A DNA stretch of 64,000 bases, from the NCBI GenBank assembly GCA_965263295.1, contig OZ253665.1:256001-320000 (forward strand). The letters run 5' to 3'. The notes below the pieces were generated by a model, which was given only the letters and a program-made list of their open reading frames with translations, had not been told where the DNA came from and did no database searches. The position numbers and the translations under genes were made by a program. How positions within the stretch are numbered: position 1 is the first letter of the stretch; every line of letters begins with the position of its first letter. Source of the DNA: Spirochaetia bacterium (GTDB lineage: Bacteria > Spirochaetota > Spirochaetia > SP-2023). Positions 19,785 through 28,263 of the stretch are shown piece after piece.

Positions 19785-21371
19785 TTATAACTCGCGGCGG
19801 AGCCGCTCAAGTGGAACACGCGAATAATCTCGATCGAAGTTTTCGACAATTGTTGCCGCCGGCTTGGCTGTATTTTGTTCCGGTTTTGAGGGCCCGCCTG
19901 TTTGATGTTCTGCTGGCATCATTAGATTTGCAAGTAGTTGCTTTAGGCGGGGCTTGCAGAATTGTCCCTGGCAGAAACCCATGGTGGCGCGGGTGCGCCA
20001 TTTCAAAAAGTCCAGATTGTATGTCGTCGCGGCAAAATTGGGGCTGCTGCGACGTATGACTTCTTGAATTACTGCGCTTTTGACCTGTTCACAGCGGCAA
20101 ACCAGGCAGTCTGGGTGCTTTAGCGGCAAGTCCGTGAGCCGCTTCAGAGCCTGGCCGGCAATAAATTTCTTGTCGCGCTGACTGTAAATGTAAGGCCGGC
20201 GTTCTGCGTGAAACTTTGTCTTTTCCGCCATTTTCGCACCTTGGGCTTGCCGGCGCTCCGCTACCTTGGCCACCAACTCTTGAGCGATGGGCAGCGCAGA
20301 GGTGATGCCGGGCGAAGCAATGGCCAATAGTTCGCAGTGATTTTCTGCGTAACGGATTAAGAAGTCTCCAGGTTTTTTAGCTCTTTGGCCCCCCAGACTT
20401 TTCAGGCGCGGGCGCATGCCCGCGTAACTGCGAATAATCTTGGTGCGCGGGATATTGGGTAGCAAGGACTGCCCTTGCCGGTAGATCATCTGTAGATTGT
20501 TAAACTGAGTGGAAAGATCGCGGGGGTCATCGACAAATTCGGCATCTGGCCCGACGAGCAAGTTGCCGTGGTAAGTCGGGCAGACGGTCACGCCTTTGCC
20601 CCGCAGCTTATCCGGCAGCGGGAAGAGAACGTGATGGGCCAACTGCCCACAACTGCGGTCAAAGACCAGGTATTGGCCTTTGACGGCTTGCAGTTCGTAG
20701 TCGCAGCTGCCCAGCATCTGGGAAACTCTGCCGGCGCCCCAGCCGGCGGCATTGACCATGTACTGGCAGCGGTAGGAGCCTCGCGTCGTTTCTAGGACAT
20801 AACCTGCCTTGGACCTGGGGGCGGGATGTAAATTCAGGAGTTCCTCGCCCAAGTGTAGTTCGGCGCCGTTGGCCAGAGCGTTTTCGGCCAGGGCGATGCA
20901 AAATTCCGGGCCGATCAGTACGCCACTTTCGCCGGCATACAGAGCACAGGTGGCCTCAGGGTTCAAATGGGGCTCGCGTTCGTGCAGCTCGTCTTTGCCC
21001 CAGATTTCCAGACCACGCACTCCGTTATTTTGTCCATTTTGTCGCAATGCTTCTAGCTGTAGTCGCTCTGTTGCGTTTAAAGACACGACCAGGGAGCCGC
21101 ATTTGTAAAAACCAAAATGCAACTGCTGATCAAGGGTTTCAATTAGTTTCGCGCCGCGCGGCGAATACAGCCCCTTTACCGAATCTGCGGCATCATCAAA
21201 GCCGCCGTGAACAATGCTGGTGTTCCCGCGCGTCACTCCCGTGGCGACGTCCAAGGACTTCTCCAGCCACAAGATGCTTAATTCGTAGCGCGACAACTCG
21301 CGGGCGGCCGCGGCGCCCAAAATGCCGGCACCGACAATGGCAATGTCGTATTCTTGCATATTCGACCCCAA
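19785..21371 (-). CDS. FAD-dependent oxidoreductase (GlpA/L-2-hydroxyglutarate oxidase-like) with C-terminal BFD-like [2Fe-2S] domain
   Basis: VGAGILG FAD motif, NTSIVHGG, GNLLVGP, SPGITSA; CRCE...MGFCQGQFC. Confidence 0.85.
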   Translation of the reverse strand: MGSNMQEYDIAIVGAGILGAAAARELSRYELSILWLEKSLDVATGVTRGNTSIVHGGFDDAADSVKGLYSPRGAKLIETLDQQLHFGFYKCGSLVVSLNATERLQLEALRQNGQNNGVRGLEIWGKDELHEREPHLNPEATCALYAGESGVLIGPEFCIALAENALANGAELHLGEELLNLHPAPRSKAGYVLETTRGSYRCQYMVNAAGWGAGRVSQMLGSCDYELQAVKGQYLVFDRSCGQLAHHVLFPLPDKLRGKGVTVCPTYHGNLLVGPDAEFVDDPRDLSTQFNNLQMIYRQGQSLLPNIPRTKIIRSYAGMRPRLKSLGGQRAKKPGDFLIRYAENHCELLAIASPGITSALPIAQELVAKVAERRQAQGAKMAEKTKFHAERRPYIYSQRDKKFIAGQALKRLTDLPLKHPDCLVCRCEQVKSAVIQEVIRRSSPNFAATTYNLDFLKWRTRATMGFCQGQFCKPRLKQLLANLMMPAEHQTGGPSKPEQNTAKPAATIVENFDRDYSRVPLERLRREL

Positions 21372-21625
21372 TAATTCTGCAAAGTTAAAAATTAGATACT
21401 ACCGATGATAAATAACAGCCAAACGAAGAAGACAAGTTGGACCTTTTTTTTGGGGGGGGCTCGCTTCAAAATGTCCTGAAAATTGTTTAGTTACGTAGTC
21501 TATAGATTTGCCAGGCAGCCGTCTAGGTCTGCTTGTCTCCGCTTACGGCTGTGCCCTTATGGCTGGCTTTGCGCATAGATGAGGAGCTGATTTCTGCTAA
21601 CTTTGAGCACTTTGGCGAATATCTA

Positions 21626-21776
21626 GATAGTGTAGTCACGAAATATTTAAAATTGTACAGTTGCCTTTTCTCAGTTATAAGAGCAAAGTCAATGGCAGCA
21701 GATCGCAGGCATGATATTTCAGATAGAGTTTGGGCGCTATTGGAACCGTATTTGCCTGGTCGTTCAGGGGCTTGGG
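21626..21776 (+). mobile_element. IS5-family left-end fragment (about 150 bp), inverted relative to the full copy
   Basis: Starts CTA|GATAGTGTAGTCACGAAATATT and aligns to the reverse complement of the 23547 end through MAADRRHDISDRVWALLEPYLPGRSGAW, then homology stops. Confidence 0.9.
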
Positions 21777-22028
21777 TTTGGGTTTTGTTCAGCCTAATAT
21801 CAGGTTTGGTCGGCGGTATTTTTTTCATCCACAAGATGAGCCAACAGGTGTTTTCCCTGTTTGTCGTATTGGCCAGCCTAGCATCTTTTTTACTCCTCTT
21901 GTGGCGCACACTGCAACATTTTGACCTGCTATGAGCACAGCTGAACACGTGGCCTGCCATATGAATATTGCACAGTGGACCGAACTTCACCATCAGCACG
22001 TCCATTTTAGCAGATATCTAACACGGAG

Positions 22029-22646
22029 GTGACTTTGAGCAAACTCCATAAAAATATGTCGATGGAAGAATTTGAAAATGGTTATTTCTACGCGACTGAG
22101 TTAAAAGCCTTCGCAAAAGAGTTGGGCATTGATGTGGGCACCTTGAGGAAAAATGAGTTAGAAGAGCATATCAAAGCCTGTCTGTCGGGAAAGAAAGGCA
22201 CCCCACTACCTAAAAGTGTTTCAAATCGGAAGACTGGAGGAAGTCGGGATAAACTGTCGCTGGACTCATATGTTGTGAACTATGTCAGTGACAAAGCGAC
22301 TAAAGCCTTTCTGAAACAAGAAATCTCAAACAGAGACCCGCAACTCAAAGATAAGTCCGGTCAATGGTACTGGTTGAATGATTGGCGTAAGGAACAGATC
22401 AGAAATAACCGGGAAATTACCTATCGGGAATTGATAGACCGGCTGTACGAGCTAATGACCACAGAAGGAAGGCTACAGAGAATTCCGTCAAGCCGGTTCA
22501 ACAATTTCATCACCGACTTCCTGGCGGCCCCCGAAAATGAAGGCGCGACTCGTCAGGAGGCGATGGACGAATTGGAAAGATTAAAAAAGATGCTCGTTCA
22601 TAAAAATTATCAGGAATATAAAAAATTTCGCGATGAGACGGCCTGA
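22029..22646 (+). CDS. Hypothetical protein with N-terminal SAP-like helical domain (SAP_new25/DUF6434-like)
   Basis: GGAG-type RBS before GTG; EEFENGYFYATELKAFAKELGI...KNELEEHI and a C-terminal FNNFITDFLA pattern. Confidence 0.65.
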   Translation: MTLSKLHKNMSMEEFENGYFYATELKAFAKELGIDVGTLRKNELEEHIKACLSGKKGTPLPKSVSNRKTGGSRDKLSLDSYVVNYVSDKATKAFLKQEISNRDPQLKDKSGQWYWLNDWRKEQIRNNREITYRELIDRLYELMTTEGRLQRIPSSRFNNFITDFLAAPENEGATRQEAMDELERLKKMLVHKNYQEYKKFRDETA

Positions 22647-22710
22647 AATGGTTTGACTCTCTGCATCCCTGCCAAACAGGCAAGCGTGTTTGGCCCAACG
22701 TTTGGCTTTA

Positions 22711-23547
22711 GATAGTGTAGTCACGAGATGCTAGCCCACAGTGCAATACACCGTATTTGTACGGCAGCCAGGAACGATTCCCTATTTTTGGCATAGCGAG
22801 TCGCTATTCCTCGCCAGCGCTTCAGGTGCAAAAAAGCATTCTCAACTTTATGGCGTAATTCATACAACTCTTTATCATACTTGCGTTTCACTATACGGTT
22901 TTTCCTCGCCGGAATCACAGGCTCCATGCCCTGGGCAAGCGCTTGCCCGATGATCTTATTGCTATCATAACCTTTATCAGCCAACAAATACTCTGCCCTC
23001 AATCCCTCTATCAAGGTGCTGGCTTGAGTGCAATCTGCCGTTGTACCTTTTGTAATAACAACCCTGACCGGCATACCATGCGAATCCACGGCCAGATGCA
23101 ATTTTGTGTTGAGCCCCCTTTTGTACGATTCATGTCTTGATTGCCCCCTACGGCACCCGCCGCATGAGGATGCACCTTGCAATGACTGGCGTCAATCATC
23201 AGCCATTTGTAGTCCGGCTCATCGATCAATATCTCCATCAATTTTTCCCATATTCCTTTGTCACGCCATCGAATAAAGCGACGATGCGTGTTACTCCAGC
23301 CGCCATAGTCAGGCGGTAAATCTCGCCACGGCGCACCCGTGCGCATGATCCAGAAAACGGCATTGATAAACAGGCGATTATCTCGTGCCACCCCCCCCCA
23401 AGCTCCTGAACGACCGGGCAAATGGGGTTCCAATAGCGCCCAAACCCTATCTGAAATATCATGTCTGCGATGTGCTGCCATTGACTCTGCTCCTATAACT
23501 GAGAAAAGGCAATTGTACCATTTAAAATATTTCGTGACTACACTATC
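22711..23547 (-). mobile_element. Complete IS5-family insertion sequence (IS427-like), 837 bp
   Basis: Perfect 16-bp terminal IRs GATAGTGTAGTCACGA (22711-22726) and TCGTGACTACACTATC (23532-23547); TA on both flanks; split transposase inside. Confidence 0.93.
22721..23481 (-). CDS. IS5-family DDE transposase encoded as two overlapping ORFs joined by a -1 frameshift
   Basis: ORF A has RTGAPWRDLP and IDAS; ORF B has TKLHLAVD, ADKGYDS and RHKVENAF..LKRWRGIATRY. The frames join at AAAAGGGGG (23122-23114). Confidence 0.9.
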
Positions 23548-23844
23548 TAGACTAGCAGACTCTCGGATACGAGGGCTAACTAACAGTCTGCTAATAGGCG
23601 ATCTGCCTGGTTTTTCTATCTGGAGTCACTTTCTAGGTGACGTCGCTACGAGCACATGCTCACTGGACAAAAGTGGAATAAATCGGGTATGCTAAGTTCT
23701 CGGTTTCGGCATAGAATATTATGTAGACATTCTGAGCTGAAGTTCTTCCCAGTGCAAGCGTCTGTTGACATTGAGATGATGCCAAACTGAATGGCGCCAA
23801 CTAAATTCCACAGCAAAATTGGGGCAACAACCGGGATTAAAAAC

Positions 23845-25257
23845 ATGACAAGTTTCCTATCCGAAAATTTTCTGCTGCATAACGAGTTTTCTCGCCGCCT
23901 TTACCATGAAGTTGCCGCAGACATGCCTATAATCGACTATCACTGTCACCTCCCGCCACGGCAAGTGGCGGCGGACTATCGTTTTGAGAATCTGACCGAC
24001 ATTTGGCTGCGTGGCGATCACTACAAATGGCGCGCCATGCGCGCTAATGGAGTGGAAGAACACTTCTGTACCGGCGCGGCTGCCGACAAGGAAAAATTCA
24101 TGGCGTTTGCCCGCACCCTACCGTGGACCATCGGCAACCCGATCTATCACTGGACTCACTTGGAACTGCGGCGTCCATTCGGAATAACCGGGATGCTGCT
24201 GAACGAAGAGAGCGCGGAACGCGTGTGGAATGAGTGTAACGAAATGCTGGCAAGCCCGGAATTCAGTGCACGCTCCATTATGCTGAAGATGAATGTCGAA
24301 ATGATTGGTACCAGTGATGACCCCATTGATGATCTGAGCGCCCACCGGCAAGTGGCGAGCGAGCGAGATTTCCCTGTCCAGATGCTGCCCAGCTGGCGGC
24401 CGGACAAGGCATTCAATATCCACTCAGAGGGCTTCCCCGTCTACATTCAAGCTCTTTCTGAAGTCGCGGATGTGGAAATCCGCCGCTTTGCGGACTTGTG
24501 TCGGGCGCTGGATAAGCGTCTGCGGCACTTTGCCAAGCACGGTTGCCGCATAAGCGACCACGCGCTGGATACCGTAAGCTACGCGGAAGCAAGCGAGCGG
24601 GAGCTGGATGCCATTCTGACAAAACGTCTTTCCGGTTGCGAACTAAGTCCAGTTGAGACCGCGCAGTTTAAAACTGCAGTGCTGATTTATTTAGGCCAAG
24701 AATATGCCCGGCGTGGCTGGGTTCAGCAGTACCACATCGGCGCACTGCGCAATAACAATCAGCGCATGTTCACGCTGCTGGGGCCCGATACTGGTTTTGA
24801 CTCCATCAACGACGGCCAAATAGCCCGGCCATTGGCCCGTCTGCTGAATGCGCTGGATCGCGATGAGGCCCTGCCCAAGACCATTCTTTACGGCTTGAAT
24901 CCTCGCGATAACGAAGTGATTGCGACCATGTGCGGGAACTTCCAGGGCGGCGGTATTGAAGGCAAGATGCAGTTCGGCTCAGGCTGGTGGTTCAACGATC
25001 AGAAGGACGGCATGGAACGCCAGATAACACAACTGGCGCAGCTCGGCCTGCTCCGCCGCTTTGTCGGCATGCTGACGGACAGCCGCAGCTTCCTTTCTTA
25101 CACGCGCCATGAGTATTTTCGTCGCATCCTGTCACAGATTATCGGTCAGTGGGTTGAAGACGGCGAAGCGCCCGCAGACTTTAATCTGCTCCGCCAAATG
25201 GTTTCTGACATCTGCTACCACAACGCAAAAGGCTACTTTGGCATTACAGAGAAGTAG
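23845..25257 (+). CDS. uxaC: Uronate (glucuronate/galacturonate) isomerase
   Basis: [54 protein letters not shown]. Confidence 0.97.
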   Translation: MTSFLSENFLLHNEFSRRLYHEVAADMPIIDYHCHLPPRQVAADYRFENLTDIWLRGDHYKWRAMRANGVEEHFCTGAAADKEKFMAFARTLPWTIGNPIYHWTHLELRRPFGITGMLLNEESAERVWNECNEMLASPEFSARSIMLKMNVEMIGTSDDPIDDLSAHRQVASERDFPVQMLPSWRPDKAFNIHSEGFPVYIQALSEVADVEIRRFADLCRALDKRLRHFAKHGCRISDHALDTVSYAEASERELDAILTKRLSGCELSPVETAQFKTAVLIYLGQEYARRGWVQQYHIGALRNNNQRMFTLLGPDTGFDSINDGQIARPLARLLNALDRDEALPKTILYGLNPRDNEVIATMCGNFQGGGIEGKMQFGSGWWFNDQKDGMERQITQLAQLGLLRRFVGMLTDSRSFLSYTRHEYFRRILSQIIGQWVEDGEAPADFNLLRQMVSDICYHNAKGYFGITEK

Positions 25258-25582
25258 CTCTTTAAATCCTTTTGCCTTTGTCGGCAAAAAAATGCTGGCA
25301 GGGGCTCTCTACTGGAGGTCGCTATGAAGCGTAGTTGGCCAAGTTCTTCCCTCAGGTGAGATCATCCCTGCCGCTACTCGTCAACATGGCGATCTCACCG
25401 CCGCACTGATGTCATTCGCCCCGCCACCGACCTAGGCCGTGCTGCGGAAGCCGTAACAATCCGCTTGCCCGTCAGCCTTTGATTTTGACACAAACATGTC
25501 CTCGATTCTGTGGCGCTTTTTGCAACCTCATTTCGCAATATGGGATTGCCTTCTTGATACCGGTCACATGGGATTAAACAAT

Positions 25583-26443
25583 TTAGACGGTTGTAAAGCG
25601 GTCGACGTTGAACAATAAAACGATGGAGGCGATTGCCATGGTCAGGCCGATCAAGTTGGCCTTGCTGAGTTCTTCGCGAAATATCAGCGTGCCTATGATT
25701 GTCGCCAAGGTAATCACGCCGATGTTCATCGTGGTAAATACCAGCGCGGTTTGATCGTTCAAGACCTGATGAGCGCGGATGTAAGTATAGATATTGGCGA
25801 AATTTAGCGCACCCAGGATAATACCGCCGAGTACCGAAGGCAGAGTGAAACGCGTCCGGCGCACAAAAAGATATGCGAACATGAAGACGGCGGCGATTGA
25901 AAAGCTGATTAGCAAATAGGCGGTGAAGGCGAGACCGGTTTTCGACAGTTGCTTGAATAGAATGTCGATTACGCCGTAGCCAAGCCACACACCGAAGATC
26001 CACGGCCAGCCACCGCGGCCGCCATGACCACCATGGCCCGATTTCACGGTCAGCAGGATCAGCGCCAGCAGAGCCAGGGCGATTCCTGTCGCTTTGACGG
26101 CGTTGAATGTGTCACCGAACAGAGCAAAGGCGCCAATGATCGCGATGAACAGGGAAAGCCGCTGAGCGGCGTCGGCCTTGACGATGCCGACTTTTCGCAC
26201 GGTCTGATCTAGAATCAAAAAGACGCCGGGCAACAGAATGCCGAGCACGGCAAATAGATACCATTGTGAAAAATACGCGCCGCTTTCACCGAGCCTCGGC
26301 TGGAACAACACGAACGTCAGGGCAATGGCGACAAGATAGTTGACGGCAACCGCCTGATCGACGACAATCTTTCGGCTGCGGGAGATTTTGAGCAGAATCG
26401 ATACCGACACGCTGGCAAGTATGCTGAGCAAAAGATAAATCAT
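25583..26443 (-). CDS. DMT/EamA-family membrane transporter
   Basis: About 10 hydrophobic helices in two repeats; C-terminal FREELSKANLIG typical of EamA. Confidence 0.8.
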   Translation of the reverse strand: MIYLLLSILASVSVSILLKISRSRKIVVDQAVAVNYLVAIALTFVLFQPRLGESGAYFSQWYLFAVLGILLPGVFLILDQTVRKVGIVKADAAQRLSLFIAIIGAFALFGDTFNAVKATGIALALLALILLTVKSGHGGHGGRGGWPWIFGVWLGYGVIDILFKQLSKTGLAFTAYLLISFSIAAVFMFAYLFVRRTRFTLPSVLGGIILGALNFANIYTYIRAHQVLNDQTALVFTTMNIGVITLATIIGTLIFREELSKANLIGLTMAIASIVLLFNVDRFTTV

Positions 26444-26658
26444 GTTCAATGCCCCCAAAAATGCCGCCCCCCCCAAAAAAAAATGCCCCCAAAGGTAAAC
26501 AGCGTGTCAGCAGCACCGTGAAAAAAGCTATTCAAATATCATGCTGAGACGCGCCACGCCATCCGGCAATCTTTCAAGCAGAGTGGCGAACTGTTTTCAG
26601 GGTGCCTGCGCGAGAGGGCCTCTCTTTGCCGTGAAATCCTGGCTTTTTGTCAATTTCG

Positions 26659-27948
26659 TCAACAAGACTGGTTGAATACTATGAGTTGAGGATTCCACGA
26701 GAATCCTTCTTCTTGCGTAAAACGACAGTTGTCGAATTTAACTTCTTTTTCCGTTATATTGTCGATATATACCGCTGGTAATCCATCGGGATATTCATGG
26801 ACTCCGCTATCATCCTGCCGAGAAGGATTACCGGGAGGACGAAGATCATATGTCCCGCGAGCGGGATTGAGGCTGCCCATCTGATCTTGCCTGACGTTGA
26901 CCATGTTTATATTTCTTATCAAATCTGGCTGTTCAGAATGCAAGTTAATGGCACCTGTCGATTTAACGGAAATATTGGACATATAGATATCTTTGATATA
27001 ACCGCACGATACATGTTCCGATCTTCTTCTTACACTTATATATATGGAGTCGGATTTTCCCCAATGACATGGGGATTTGAATTCATTTTCTATTGATATA
27101 TTATCAAATGTCACATTCTCAATATTTCCACCATCCCTAGGCATCAGAGCAATGCCTCGATTAGATTTTAAAATCAAGATATTGCTAAATTTTATATTTT
27201 TAAAATCATTGTGACTTTCCGTTCCGATTTTCAAAGCCGAACTGTAGGACTCTATAATACAATTCTCGACAACGATATTTTCACAACTACGATCTAAGTC
27301 TTCACCCTTTCTACTCGTCTTCAAGCAAACACCGTCATCCGCAGTTTCTAAATTACAACCATAAATATGAAAGTTACGACATCCATCTATATCAATTGCA
27401 TCGGTATTCGTATACTTAAAACCGTTTAGAATATTGACATTCGCTATGCGTCCGTATTCACAAGAGATAAAATGCAGGGTCCACATAGGCGAATCAACTA
27501 TTGTTATTCCTTCTACGAGCACATTTTTACAATTTTCAAAGATACACATGCGGATTCTTTGGGCATTAGGCTTTCTATATCCGAATTGATCTACTTCCTC
27601 AGAATTATACTCTGGGGCGCTGCCGTTTATAACACCCGGTCCGATAATCCCTACGTTAGTTCGATCTTTTGCGAAAATAAACCCATACAGGGAATCTTCT
27701 GCAAGCACCTCACTCCGGGCACATGAGAAGTCATTGTAGTTTGAGGAAGCGATTAATTCGGCTCCCGCGCTAATATAGAGATAGGTGTTATCTTGGAGGC
27801 ATATACTGCCGGTGAGATATTTTCCCGGTGGAATATATAATGTGCCGCCACCTTTGCGCCCAATATCAGACAAAGCTGTTTGAAAAACTTCTGTATTGAT
27901 TGCGCTTCCATCGTTAACTGGTCTGTAATCCAATAGATTTGTGTACAT
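26659..27948 (-). CDS. Glycoside hydrolase family 28 (polygalacturonase-like, beta-helix), no obvious signal peptide
   Basis: IPPGKYLTGSI, SPMWTLH, NTDAID, ADDGVCLK, KIGTES. Confidence 0.88.
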   Translation of the reverse strand: MYTNLLDYRPVNDGSAINTEVFQTALSDIGRKGGGTLYIPPGKYLTGSICLQDNTYLYISAGAELIASSNYNDFSCARSEVLAEDSLYGFIFAKDRTNVGIIGPGVINGSAPEYNSEEVDQFGYRKPNAQRIRMCIFENCKNVLVEGITIVDSPMWTLHFISCEYGRIANVNILNGFKYTNTDAIDIDGCRNFHIYGCNLETADDGVCLKTSRKGEDLDRSCENIVVENCIIESYSSALKIGTESHNDFKNIKFSNILILKSNRGIALMPRDGGNIENVTFDNISIENEFKSPCHWGKSDSIYISVRRRSEHVSCGYIKDIYMSNISVKSTGAINLHSEQPDLIRNINMVNVRQDQMGSLNPARGTYDLRPPGNPSRQDDSGVHEYPDGLPAVYIDNITEKEVKFDNCRFTQEEGFSWNPQLIVFNQSC

Positions 27949-28263
27949 AATTCATCTCACAAAATTCATAATAATTCAGGTAACAACAAATATTTTTATT
28001 ATTGTAAGACCTCTGTCTGATATTTGCAAGGTCTGAGCAGGATTCTACACAAAAAAATATCTGATACAAAATCTGGACTCCTATGATTTCATCTGAAATT
28101 TCACTCCTTAATATGCAGGTAAAAGCTTATCGACTTAATCCATTAAATTGGGCTAAGCGGCATTTGGCAAAGCTCCAGGACGATTCAATATCATTATGGC
28201 CTAGGCAATTTCATTCCATTCCATTAAGCTAGGGCAAAATCTAAATCACAAATAAATCTGTAG

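Noticed and set aside
21523..21625. Missing 3' half of the GST gene beside another IS end
   Set aside because: Reading on from CTA in the required frame hits a stop within 10 codons, and the 23548 flank stops immediately. No KP...SPKGTVP motif in frame.
21938..22710. Integron cassette (attC-like GCCAAAC/GTTTGGC words around the SAP-like gene)
   Set aside because: No proper RYYYAAC...GTTRRRY pair with an internal L-box hairpin, no repeated sites, and no integrase in the window.
25395..26003. 202-aa alternative-frame ORF overlapping the DMT gene
   Set aside because: Same-strand out-of-frame overlap with a convincing transporter gene and no recognisable motifs.
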